The position numbers and the translations under genes are program-made. The notes under the pieces are model-generated. The model saw only the letters and a list, made by a program, of their open reading frames with translations, was not told where the DNA came from and did no database searches. A stretch of 64,000 bases of DNA, taken from Treponemataceae bacterium (GTDB taxonomy: Bacteria; Spirochaetota; Spirochaetia; Treponematales; Rectinemataceae). Position 1 is the stretch's first letter. Each line of letters begins with the position of its first letter. Where the stretch lies: contig CAXXHO010000003.1 of assembly GCA_963667725.2 (NCBI GenBank), positions 1,728,001 through 1,792,000 of the forward strand, read 5' to 3'. This document shows positions 8,717-18,826 of this stretch, in pieces.

Positions 8717-10237
8717 ATGATAAAGAGGCTCCTCTCGATTCGCGTCCTCGCTGTCCTTTTTTCGGCGGCCTGGATGGCAGTGCCGCCCATGGCGAACCAT
8801 CTTCTTGCCCAAACCCCAAAACCCGCGGCCTTTTCGGCTTCTACCCTGCCCGCGGCCTTTTCGGCCTATACCTTGGAAAATGGCATGGATGTCATCCTCC
8901 TGCCCCTTCCCGAAAGCGCCACGGTTTCGTTGGGCATCGTTTTCAGAGGCGGAGCCGAAGCCCAGACCAAAAAAAACGCTGGTTTGTTTCACCTGCTCGA
9001 AAAAGTGCTTTTTAGAGGTTCGGCGATCGCGCCGGGCGAACCCGAACCGGCGGGAGCGATGGATTCCCTCGGCGCCACGGCGATCGAGGGAGGCGCCCAG
9101 GCCGATCGCTTCGGTCTCTCTTTCCTGCTTCCCCCCGAGATGCTAGGCCAAGGCCTGGACACGATCGCCTACCTCTTTTCGGGTTTGCGACTGGAGACGG
9201 TTTTTTCGGACGCGCTGACGCTCGAGAAAGCGAGGAGTTCCAGCCTGGCTGATATAGAGCAGGCTTTTTCGGACCCGAAAGCCATCTTTGAGGCGGCCAT
9301 GGCCAAAAAACTCTTCTCGGCCGCGCCTTGGCGCTTCGATATTCTGGGGACGGAGGCCATCGTCAACGCGGCGACCGAGGATGACCTCAAGGGAATCGCG
9401 GCCGCCTGGCTCGTGCCTAACAACGCGGTTCTCGTCGTAGCCGGCGACTTTGCTGAGGAAACGCTGCGGCCCATGATAGAAAAGGCTTTTTCCTCATGGA
9501 AAAAGAGCGCCGATCCCTGGAAGACGGCGCTTACCGCCCTGCCGAAACCCGGGGTCACCAGGCCCACCCTCATGGTCTATGCTGATCCTTCCGTTCCCGC
9601 CGGGGAAGCGCTCATCGAAATGCGCTACCGTGGCCCGGACGCGGGATCCAGCCGCTCCGCCGCCGCCGAATTCTGGGCGGAAATGGCTTCCCAGCCGGGA
9701 TCGAGGCTCGTTCAGGCCATCGCCAAAGGCATGCCAAAATGGTCCTCGCCTTCAGCCGTCAGCGCCAAGTATCAGCTTTCGAGAAACGCCTCATGGTTCT
9801 CCGTATCGACGAGAATGCTTCTCGACGCGAAAGGAAACGCCGCAGAGAGCGTCCTCAGCTTCAAGGAGATCGTGCGCGGCGCTGAGATGTACGCCATGAA
9901 AACCAATGCCGGCTATTTCACCTCGAAGGAATACGAGCGGGCAAGAGAAGCGCTCGCGGAAAAACGGAACGATATGTTCGCCGATCCCCAGGAAGCCGGT
10001 TCAGCCATCGCCGATGGATGGATTCTGGGAGGAAACGCCTGGATGCAGACCTGGTCGGATCGCATGGGCGCGATTACGAGCAAGGATATCGCGGCCTTCG
10101 CCGACGAATATTTCATGAAAAACCTGGAAGTGGTGGCGATCCATCTCGAGCCCAAGGATTACGCGGCCAGGAAAAAAAGTTTCGACGCTTTCGGGTTCGA
10201 GATCATAACGGCGCAAAAAGCTTTCTGGTGGAGATAG
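8717..10237 (+). CDS. Exported M16 (insulinase)-family protein, probably non-catalytic
   Basis: Signal peptide; YTLENGM, GLFHLLEKVLFRGS (HxxEK rather than HxxEH), PNNAVLVVAGDF. Confidence 0.8.
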   Translation: MIKRLLSIRVLAVLFSAAWMAVPPMANHLLAQTPKPAAFSASTLPAAFSAYTLENGMDVILLPLPESATVSLGIVFRGGAEAQTKKNAGLFHLLEKVLFRGSAIAPGEPEPAGAMDSLGATAIEGGAQADRFGLSFLLPPEMLGQGLDTIAYLFSGLRLETVFSDALTLEKARSSSLADIEQAFSDPKAIFEAAMAKKLFSAAPWRFDILGTEAIVNAATEDDLKGIAAAWLVPNNAVLVVAGDFAEETLRPMIEKAFSSWKKSADPWKTALTALPKPGVTRPTLMVYADPSVPAGEALIEMRYRGPDAGSSRSAAAEFWAEMASQPGSRLVQAIAKGMPKWSSPSAVSAKYQLSRNASWFSVSTRMLLDAKGNAAESVLSFKEIVRGAEMYAMKTNAGYFTSKEYERAREALAEKRNDMFADPQEAGSAIADGWILGGNAWMQTWSDRMGAITSKDIAAFADEYFMKNLEVVAIHLEPKDYAARKKSFDAFGFEIITAQKAFWWR

Positions 10238-10277
10238 GCTGCGGGAGAAGGTAGGTCGCGGGCCGGAAGAGGCGCTC

Positions 10278-12509
10278 TCATTCCTCTTCGATGGAGATTA
10301 TGCTCGGCAAACCTTTGAGCGCCTTCGAGACTTTCTTAAGGTTCTCCCTCGTGTCGGTTTCCATGGTGAAAAAACCAGAAAAGGTTCCATCGCCTCGCTC
10401 GCCCAGCTTGCCCTCGCGCAGGCGGCCCGCGAATTTCCTGACCGCGTTCTCGATTTCCGAGAATATGCCCGGTTCCATCTTCGTCGAGACCCTGAACCTC
10501 GCTATGCAGTACGAGGCGTCTTCCCAGCGCACTTCGATTTTTCGCTGAGCGAAGTCGGCCACCGCGTTTATCGATTTGCAGTCAGCCCGGTGGATGATGA
10601 TGCCCCTCCCCCTCGAGACATAGCCCACGATGGCGTCGCCCGTCACCGGCATGCAGCAGCCGGCGATCCGGATCATCATGTTCCGCGCGCCGTTGATCGA
10701 GAGCCCCGCCTTATCGCTCCTGAGTTCCTGCTGGGGCTTGTAGGTGCGGAACTCCACTTCGGCCCGGCCATGCTCAGCGCCTGCGGCGGAGGCGAAGGTC
10801 TTCTCGGCGAGCAGCTTCGCTTCTTCATGCTGCGCGGCTTCCCTGGCTTTTTCGTCGGCGGGCTTCTTGCCGACGACGATGCTCTTGTCGATGGCCAGGG
10901 CCTGGCCGCTCTGGACCAGTATGGCCCTGATCTTCGATCGAGCCTTGGATGTGTGGGCGAGCTTCAGCCAGTTCAGGTTGGGCTTGGCGAGCGGCGAGGT
11001 GATGATCTCGACGATTTGCGTATTCTTGAGTTCGGCGTCGAGGGGAATGATGGCGCCGTCGGCTCTGGCGCCCAGGCAGTGAGACCCTACGTCCGTATGG
11101 ATGGCGAAGGCGAAATCTATGGCCGTTGCGCCTGAGGGCAGCTCTATGACCTCGCCCCGGGGGGTGAAGACGAAGATCGAATCCTTCAGGAGTTCCCGCT
11201 TAATTTCGTCGAGGTATTCGGCCCCCTGGGAGACGAATTCGTTCCACTGCTTCAGCCTGTTGATGATGGGCAGGTCCTCGAGCCGGGGACGTTCGGTGGT
11301 GGAACCCTTTTTATAAAGCCAATGGGAGGCGACGCCGAACTCCGCTATGGCATGCATGTAGCGCGTGCGGATCTGGACCTCGAGGAGCTGGCCGTCGTAG
11401 CACATCACCGTCGTGTGCAGGCTTCTGTAGCCGTTGGCCTTCGGCATGGCTATATAGTCCTTGAATCGGCCGTCTATAGGTTTCCAGAGCCTGTGGACGA
11501 GACCGAGCAGGGCGTAGCAGTCGTTGTCGCTTTCGCAGATGAGCCGCAGGCCCAGCAGATCGTAGAGTTCCTCGGCCGGTTTGCCCTTTCTGCGCATTTT
11601 CTGGTAGATCGAGTAGAAATGCTTGGCGCGGGAGCCGACCTCGACGCTGATGCCTTCCTTCAGGGAAGCCCTGCGGATTTCCTCGCTCACCCTGGCGAGG
11701 AATTTTTCCCTTGTTCCCTTCTTGGCGGACACGATTTCCTTTATCTGGTCGAAGACTTCCCTGTTGAGCACCTTGAGGGAGAGATCCTCCAGTTCGTCCT
11801 TGAGCCAGGAAATACCGAGCCTGTCGGCGAGCGGGGCGAAAATGTCGAGGGTTTCGGCCGCGATGGTCTTCTGCCTGTCCTCGGGCAGCGATTTCAGGGT
11901 GCGCATGCTGTCCAGCTTGTCGGCAAGCTTGACGATGATGACGCGGATGTCGCCCGTCATGGCGAAGAGCATTTTCCGCATGGTCTCGGCCGCCTGCACG
12001 GTCTTGTTCTTGGCGCGGACGGTGGAAAGCCTCGCCACTCCAGCGACTATTTTGGCCGTGTCTTCCCCGAACTCCGCCGTTATGGCGGGGTCGGGAACGG
12101 CTCCCAGAGCCTTCCTGTGCGCATCTTTCTGGCGATCCTCGAGTTTCTGTCCTGGTTTCGTCGATTTGTCGATGCTCTTGCCGGCCGTATGGTCAGGGCT
12201 CTTGCCGGCGGCATGGCCCGATGATGAGGATGAGGCGGCGGATCCGTCATTTTTCGGAAAATAACCGGAGGTTCGATGTTCGGTGATGTCGTGGACGAGG
12301 CCGGCGATCACCGAATCCATATCCATGCCCATGTCGAGAAGGGTGGCGGCGACGCGGAAGTCATGTTCCCACGCTGGCTCGCCGGAAGCGCGCAGCGACG
12401 CGCCGTGCTTTTCCTTGGCCCAGCCGATGGCCTTGGAGACGAGGGCGGCCCCGTCATCGCCAAAGCTGCCGCGGACTTTCTCCAGAAACTGAACGATCTT
12501 CTCATCCAT
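10278..12509 (-). CDS. rel: Long RelA/SpoT homologue, (p)ppGpp synthetase/hydrolase
   Basis: APLADRLGI, RAKHFYSIYQKM, FKDYIAMPKANGYRSLHT, EVQIRT, TGS (FVFTPRG...DFAFAIHT), CC motif, C-terminal ACT-like domain. Confidence 0.93.
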   Translation of the reverse strand: MDEKIVQFLEKVRGSFGDDGAALVSKAIGWAKEKHGASLRASGEPAWEHDFRVAATLLDMGMDMDSVIAGLVHDITEHRTSGYFPKNDGSAASSSSSGHAAGKSPDHTAGKSIDKSTKPGQKLEDRQKDAHRKALGAVPDPAITAEFGEDTAKIVAGVARLSTVRAKNKTVQAAETMRKMLFAMTGDIRVIIVKLADKLDSMRTLKSLPEDRQKTIAAETLDIFAPLADRLGISWLKDELEDLSLKVLNREVFDQIKEIVSAKKGTREKFLARVSEEIRRASLKEGISVEVGSRAKHFYSIYQKMRRKGKPAEELYDLLGLRLICESDNDCYALLGLVHRLWKPIDGRFKDYIAMPKANGYRSLHTTVMCYDGQLLEVQIRTRYMHAIAEFGVASHWLYKKGSTTERPRLEDLPIINRLKQWNEFVSQGAEYLDEIKRELLKDSIFVFTPRGEVIELPSGATAIDFAFAIHTDVGSHCLGARADGAIIPLDAELKNTQIVEIITSPLAKPNLNWLKLAHTSKARSKIRAILVQSGQALAIDKSIVVGKKPADEKAREAAQHEEAKLLAEKTFASAAGAEHGRAEVEFRTYKPQQELRSDKAGLSINGARNMMIRIAGCCMPVTGDAIVGYVSRGRGIIIHRADCKSINAVADFAQRKIEVRWEDASYCIARFRVSTKMEPGIFSEIENAVRKFAGRLREGKLGERGDGTFSGFFTMETDTRENLKKVSKALKGLPSIISIEEE

Positions 12510-12523
12510 CGTCGACGCTCCAC

Positions 12524-13378
12524 TCAGGGTTTTCTGGCTCCCGTGATCCTGTCCAGGCCCGCGAGATCCCTCCATACTCTTATATCGACAAAACCCTCGC
12601 TCCTGAACATAACACGGAGAGATTCGGATTGCAAAGAGTCGGTTTCTATTAAAAGAAACCCGCCGGGGGCAAGGAACGCGCCAGCCTGGCGGACGAGGCG
12701 GGACACGATATCAAAGCCGTCGAGACCACCATCGAGCGCCAGCGCGGGCTCCTTCCAACCCTGAGAGAGCAGGGCGGCCGTCTCTCCGGTCGGCACGTAA
12801 GGAGGATTGGCCGTTATGATGTCGAAAGGACCTTCGAGGCCCGCAAAGAGATCGGCGAGAAGAAGAGGAAGTTTTTTTTCAAGAAGCCGGGACGCGTTCG
12901 CGCGGGCGACGTCGAGGGCATCGGCCGAGATATCCGACGCGCTCACCGACCAGGCCGGCCTTTCGGCGGCGATGCTGATGGCTACGGCCCCTGACCCTGT
13001 GCAGAGATCGTGGAGGCGAAGCGTCATGGCGGCCATGTCGTCGCCCACTTCGAGGGCCGCGGACACGAGGGTCTCGGTATCGGGTCTCGGCGCTAGAACC
13101 CTCCTGTCGACGAGAAAATCCCGACCGTAAAATTCCTTTATGCCGACGATATAGGCGACGCTTTCGCCGGCGAGTCGGCGAGCCCAGCCCTCCTCGAATG
13201 AGGGAGGGATGTCGCCAGGGGCGATCGTTTCCGGATACTTCATCAGGAGCTGGGTTCTTGGAATGCCCAGACAGCGGGCGAGAATCAGGGAGACATCGAG
13301 AAAGGCCGTATCGTCGGAGCCGGCTTGCCGCCGACGCAGTTCGGCCGCCTTCGCGGCGAGAAATTCCCTATAGGTCAT
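12524..13378 (-). CDS. prmC: Release factor glutamine methyltransferase
   Basis: PRPDTETLV, DLCTGSGA, NPPY; directly downstream of prfA. Confidence 0.93.
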   Translation of the reverse strand: MTYREFLAAKAAELRRRQAGSDDTAFLDVSLILARCLGIPRTQLLMKYPETIAPGDIPPSFEEGWARRLAGESVAYIVGIKEFYGRDFLVDRRVLAPRPDTETLVSAALEVGDDMAAMTLRLHDLCTGSGAVAISIAAERPAWSVSASDISADALDVARANASRLLEKKLPLLLADLFAGLEGPFDIITANPPYVPTGETAALLSQGWKEPALALDGGLDGFDIVSRLVRQAGAFLAPGGFLLIETDSLQSESLRVMFRSEGFVDIRVWRDLAGLDRITGARKP

Positions 13379-13414
13379 CGCGGAAGGCGGTCGACCGCCC
13401 ACGTTTTTTTGGCA

Positions 13415-14482
<1,068 letters not shown>

Positions 14483-14573
14483 GAATCCATCGTAACCTGC
14501 ATCGGGCTTTCGCTTCAAGAAGCCGTACGGCCTCCTTGTGTTTCGGAAAGCGGATGTATATCATTCCGCCATT

Positions 14574-15845
14574 ATGCTGGAATATAAATTCATCAAGGAC
14601 AACCTTGAAGCCGTCAAGAAGAACATAGCCGACCGGTACATGAGCGCCGACGCCGATCTCGTCGTCGCGCTTTTCGACGAGAAGAGCGCCCTGCTGCGAA
14701 AGGTCGAGGATCTGCGCAAGCTAAGGAACGAGAACGCCCTCTCCATGAAGGGCAAGCTCGATCCCGCCACAAGGGCGGCGCGCATCGAGGAAGGCAAGCA
14801 GCTCAAGGAAAAAATCGCCGAAAGCGAAGCGAGCTTTGCCGACATCGAAGCCCGTCTAGCCCTCGAGGGCGCCAAAATACCCAACATGGCCCATCCGGAA
14901 GCCCCCCGGGGCAAGGAAGACAAGGACAACCTCGAGGTTAAGCGCGTAGGGGAACCCACGAAGTTCGATTTCGAGCCCAAAGATCATGTCCAGCTGGGAG
15001 CCGACCTCGACCTCATCGATTTCGACACCGCCACCAGGGTATCGGGCACCAAGTTCTACTATCTCAAGAACGAAGCCGTCCTTCTCGAAATGGCCCTGGT
15101 CCGCTATACCCTCGACATCCTGCGCAAAAAGGGCTTTACCCTTTTCCAGACCCCGGACATAGCCCGAACGGAAATACTCGAAGGCATCGGCTTCAACCCC
15201 CGAGGGCCTGAATCCAACATCTACACGATCGAAGGCGAAGGCACCTGCCTCATCGGCACCGCCGAAATAACCCTCGGCGGCTACTATTCGGGCACCATCA
15301 TCGACAAGGAAAAACTGCCCCTCAAGCTCGCGGGCGTCTCGCACTGTTTCAGGCGGGAGGCGGGCTCGGCCGGCCAGTTCTCGAAAGGACTGTACCGCGT
15401 CCATCAGTTCACCAAGGTAGAAATGTTCGCCTATACCCTGCCAGAGGATTCGGACGCCACGCACGAATACCTGAGGTCCATAGAGGAAGAGATATTCTCC
15501 GGCCTCGGCATTCCCTTCCGCGTCGTCGACACCTGCACCGGCGACCTGGGCGCCCCCGCCTACCGCAAGTGGGACCTCGAAGCCTGGATGCCCGGCCGCA
15601 ACGGCGGCGAATGGGGCGAAGTCACCTCGACTTCCAACTGCACCGATTTCCAGGCCCGCCGCCTCAATATCAAGTACAAGGACGACGACGGCAAAAACAA
15701 GTACGTCCACATGCTCAACGGCACGGCCATCGCCTGTTCGCGCGGCATCATCGCCGTCATGGAGAACTTCCAGCGCGCCGATGGGTCCATCGCCATCCCG
15801 CCGGCACTAGTCCCCTATTGCGGGTTCTCAGAAATAAGGAGATAG
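14574..15845 (+). CDS. serS: Serine--tRNA ligase
   Basis: GTAEIT, CFRREAG...GLYRVHQFTKVE, EVTSTSNCTDFQARRL, HMLNGT. Confidence 0.96.
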   Translation: MLEYKFIKDNLEAVKKNIADRYMSADADLVVALFDEKSALLRKVEDLRKLRNENALSMKGKLDPATRAARIEEGKQLKEKIAESEASFADIEARLALEGAKIPNMAHPEAPRGKEDKDNLEVKRVGEPTKFDFEPKDHVQLGADLDLIDFDTATRVSGTKFYYLKNEAVLLEMALVRYTLDILRKKGFTLFQTPDIARTEILEGIGFNPRGPESNIYTIEGEGTCLIGTAEITLGGYYSGTIIDKEKLPLKLAGVSHCFRREAGSAGQFSKGLYRVHQFTKVEMFAYTLPEDSDATHEYLRSIEEEIFSGLGIPFRVVDTCTGDLGAPAYRKWDLEAWMPGRNGGEWGEVTSTSNCTDFQARRLNIKYKDDDGKNKYVHMLNGTAIACSRGIIAVMENFQRADGSIAIPPALVPYCGFSEIRR

Positions 15846-15891
15846 GACGATACTAAAGGGGGAGCACAGCTCCTCTCTATGCCAGCCCGTG

Positions 15892-16043
15892 GGAGCGCGC
15901 TAATAACGCGTCGTCTTCACGCATGGGGCCCGCCATCGAAAAAATGGGGGTCGACAGTCCTCGGCCTTACAGGCCTGCGGAGCGTCGACCCCCATTTTTT
16001 CAGGCACCCATGCTGAAGCGATCGCTCTCTTCAGGCGCGCTCC
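15892..16043. repeat. Long imperfect palindrome between convergent genes, with a perfect 18-bp core; probably also a bidirectional terminator
   Basis: GAAAAAATGGGGGTCGAC (15938-15955) / GTCGACCCCCATTTTTTC (15984-16001), plus outer arms CTTCACGCATGGGGCC / GGCACCCATGCTGAAG and GGAGCGCGC / GCGCGCTCC. Confidence 0.85.
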
Positions 16044-16066
16044 AGCCGCTTGCCGGGAAAGGCGAT

Positions 16067-16603
16067 CTATCGAATCGCTATCGAATAATAGTCTTCAAAA
16101 TCGTTGGACTGCACAAAGAACACGAGCACCGCGTTATCGGTCTCGATGGGTCTCATTTCCCAGACATCGTGCTTGCCGGGCTTGATGAACGCCTGCTGCG
16201 AAGAGAATACGGTTTTTCTCATCGTTCCGTAGGGCGGGATGATCATCGGCCCCATGGAAGAGTAGGAATTTCCGTAGTTCTGTCCCTCAATGAAGGGATA
16301 GTAGGATCCGCCGTTGTACTGCAATGTGGACTTGTTCCAGAATATGCGGACCGTGCTGTCCGTATTGTTGCGGATGGTGACGCTGAAGCTCGATATCCGC
16401 TTGGTCCCATACGCCTTTCCATGACTATTACCCGGTCCGAAATTTTCCCATGAAGGCTGCACCGATATAGTCACCGGGCTGATGTTTCGCGGGGTCTGGC
16501 TCACCGCGACGAAAACGGGGGGCCGTATCATGAGCGAAAAGCTGGTGCAGGAAAATGCCAACATGCTCAAGGCGATGCCTGTCAGTAGTAAAATCTTTTT
16601 CAT
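16067..16603 (-). CDS. Hypothetical lipoprotein
   Basis: MKKILLLTGIALSMLAFSC lipobox; GAGGAG RBS. Confidence 0.75.
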   Translation of the reverse strand: MKKILLLTGIALSMLAFSCTSFSLMIRPPVFVAVSQTPRNISPVTISVQPSWENFGPGNSHGKAYGTKRISSFSVTIRNNTDSTVRIFWNKSTLQYNGGSYYPFIEGQNYGNSYSSMGPMIIPPYGTMRKTVFSSQQAFIKPGKHDVWEMRPIETDNAVLVFFVQSNDFEDYYSIAIR

Positions 16604-16727
16604 CGTTTCTCCTCGAAACCGGAAAATTAGAAAATTTATATTTCTTTTTCTATAAATAAGATACTCAATTTGGTTCCCTTGGTCCAACATAGTCATTATT
16701 TTATGTACTATACGTAAGGAGCAAACT

Positions 16728-16946
16728 ATGAGTTCACGGAGCATTTTCGGTATCATACTTCTGGTGGTGGGGATTCTCGTATTTGCGGTGGGCTTGAACG
16801 CGTCCAATTCCATGACCGATCAAGTGAACAATGCCTTGACCGGGCGTTTTACGGAAAACACGACATGGTATATGATCGGTGGCATCGCGGCCGCCCTGGC
16901 CGGACTCCTCATGCTGGTATCAGGATTCCGGAGCCATCGTTCCTGA
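16728..16946 (+). CDS. Small two-TM membrane protein (DUF3185-like)
   Basis: GIILLVVG...S..DQV...TGRFT..T.WY.IGG pattern; AAGGAG RBS. Confidence 0.75.
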   Translation: MSSRSIFGIILLVVGILVFAVGLNASNSMTDQVNNALTGRFTENTTWYMIGGIAAALAGLLMLVSGFRSHRS

Positions 16947-16988
16947 TTCAGTTCGATGGGATCAGGCCGAGGGACGACAGTTCACTCC

Positions 16989-17087
16989 TCAGCCTTCGGA
17001 TTCCTCTTTCCCGATCAGGGCTTTGGCGATAGGGCTGGCCCAGCTTACATAGCTCCTGGTCAAATCGATCTCGTCCACGCCTACGAT
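16989..17087 (-). pseudogene. Remnant 3' fragment of a greA/greB-like gene
   Basis: Reads IVGVDEIDLTRSYVSWASPIAKALIGKEESEG*; aligns without gaps to 18321-18397 of the intact gene. Confidence 0.8.
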
Positions 17088-17120
17088 GCCTGCCCTCTAG
17101 CCCGCAGAAACCTTCCGGAG

Positions 17121-18131
17121 TTAGAACGCCCTCGCGGGCCTGATATAGCCGGTACGACCCGTTCCGGAAACCACGATTCCGCTCTTGAAGTTTAAGCAAT
17201 TTGGCAAGTCGTCCGCGGGCTGGGTTGAACTCCAATATAAGGCGTTTTGAAAAGCGCCGAGATCGTTCATATGCAGGCGCTCGAGCATAAGGATAAGCTC
17301 CCCCGTGGAGGGCAGGAACCAATCGTCGTATCCGTTCAGCGAGAACGACCAGCATTGTACTGCCGCGCGCATGCCGACGACTGATAAAAGGTAATAGGTG
17401 TTCGTCTCGCCTGCTCCCACTTCGGCGCTGGTGGCATCGCCGGCAGGACGGCCGTACAGTTCGGTGCCAATATCAGCCGGAGCGGCCTCGAGGTAGCGCC
17501 AGCCTTCGGTATTGACACCCTTGTCGTAGAAGATCAGGCCACCCGCCGGCCCCACGTCGCCCACGGCCAGCGGTCTCCACTGGGCGTACAGGACGACGTT
17601 TTCGGCGGGCATGACGAAGCTGGTCCCGATGGCGCGATCGGCTCCCGAGCCGTCGGGCTTGGTATTCCATCCGTCGAAGACGTACCCTGTCTTGGAGAGA
17701 TTCCCCTCATTGCCTAGCACCGTCGTCTTTATCCCGACGGTGTAGACATTGCCGTCCGATGGAACCGCCCCTACCATATTTCCATTGCCATCATAGACAA
17801 CCGTGTACATCTCGCTGGATCGCCATTGGGCGTACAAGGTCACATCCGAGGAGCCGATTCTGAATACCTCACCGGATTTCCTCGCAATCCCGCTCCCGTC
17901 CGCCTCCGTGTTCCATCCATCGAAGAAACTTCCCGCCATGGAGAGGCTCATTGAATTCCCGAGGGTGGTCGCGTATGCCCCCGCTGCGTACGCGTTGCCG
18001 TCCGAAGGAACCGACCCACCGGTATTCCCGTTGCCTTCGTAAGTGATCGAATACATGACGACGGGGTTCCCGCAGCTGCCGAGGCAGAACGCGATACAAC
18101 AAAGAATCGCGGCGATAGGTTTTGCTCGCAT
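17121..18131 (-). CDS. Surface lipoprotein with two InlB B-type (Listeria/Bacteroides) repeats and a C-terminal DUF1566/C-type-lectin-like domain
   Basis: Lipobox LGSC; two repeats YxGNGN.G..P.D...F.GWNT..DGSG...V.LYAQW; C-terminus GPAGG.IFYD...YLEAAP...DWFLPS..EL...YWSST...RPARAF. Confidence 0.85.
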   Translation of the reverse strand: MRAKPIAAILCCIAFCLGSCGNPVVMYSITYEGNGNTGGSVPSDGNAYAAGAYATTLGNSMSLSMAGSFFDGWNTEADGSGIARKSGEVFRIGSSDVTLYAQWRSSEMYTVVYDGNGNMVGAVPSDGNVYTVGIKTTVLGNEGNLSKTGYVFDGWNTKPDGSGADRAIGTSFVMPAENVVLYAQWRPLAVGDVGPAGGLIFYDKGVNTEGWRYLEAAPADIGTELYGRPAGDATSAEVGAGETNTYYLLSVVGMRAAVQCWSFSLNGYDDWFLPSTGELILMLERLHMNDLGAFQNALYWSSTQPADDLPNCLNFKSGIVVSGTGRTGYIRPARAF

Positions 18132-18229
18132 AACTTTCCTCTTCGATTCGATAGTTTTGGAATTGTTATTAAACGTTCGTACTGTAGGGCTGGAAGGAGA
18201 TTTTGTCAAACGAGAATTCGCCAAAACGC

Positions 18230-18811
18230 CTAGGGAAAACCAGGAAGAGCGATGTCAAGGACGCGGAGCCGCCGCTCTCCGACGGGAAGCCTCACCGTCG
18301 CCACCTCGCCCACACGCTTGCCGATCAGCGCCTTGGCGATAGGGCTCGCCCAGCTGACATAGCCCCGGTCAGGGTCGCTTTCGTCGGCGCCCACGATACG
18401 GTAAGTAGCCGCCTCAGGCTCCATGCCGTGCTTAACATCTGCTCCCGAGGGCCGCGCGGCGCCGACTTCCTCACACACCTTCACGACCAGGCCGAAGACA
18501 ACGCGCTCGGCGCTCGTCGGCAGTTCGACGACAGAGAGGACAGCCTTCATTCGAGAGAGATAGGTGATATGCCTGTCAATAATTGAAATCCGCCTCAAGA
18601 ATTCGGCTTTCGCCGCCGGATCAGCGGCCGACAGGGCGCCAGCGGCCTTCGGTCTCTCCTCTTCGACGAGGTTTCGAAGCTCATCGGCCATCCGCATGGC
18701 GCCTTCGGGCGTCATGTAATTCCTCGCGCCGGCAGGCAGGGGAAGAGGGATCTCATGCATGCCGTCGGTTTCATCCGAGCCCGCATCCTCGTCGACAAAG
18801 GCTCTGCTCAT
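18230..18811 (-). CDS. GreA/GreB-family protein (short MSRAFV-type)
   Basis: NYMTPEG, VVFG, YRIVGADE.D...VSWASPIAKALIGK.VG. Confidence 0.85.
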   Translation of the reverse strand: MSRAFVDEDAGSDETDGMHEIPLPLPAGARNYMTPEGAMRMADELRNLVEEERPKAAGALSAADPAAKAEFLRRISIIDRHITYLSRMKAVLSVVELPTSAERVVFGLVVKVCEEVGAARPSGADVKHGMEPEAATYRIVGADESDPDRGYVSWASPIAKALIGKRVGEVATVRLPVGERRLRVLDIALPGFP

Positions 18812-18826
18812 GAAGGGGCGCCTTCC

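Noticed and set aside
17121..17250. DUF1566/C-type-lectin C-terminus as a diversity-generating retroelement target
   Set aside because: No reverse transcriptase or adenine-variant template repeat in the window, and the terminal codons do not show a clear NNC pattern. A remote DGR cannot be excluded without the rest of the genome.
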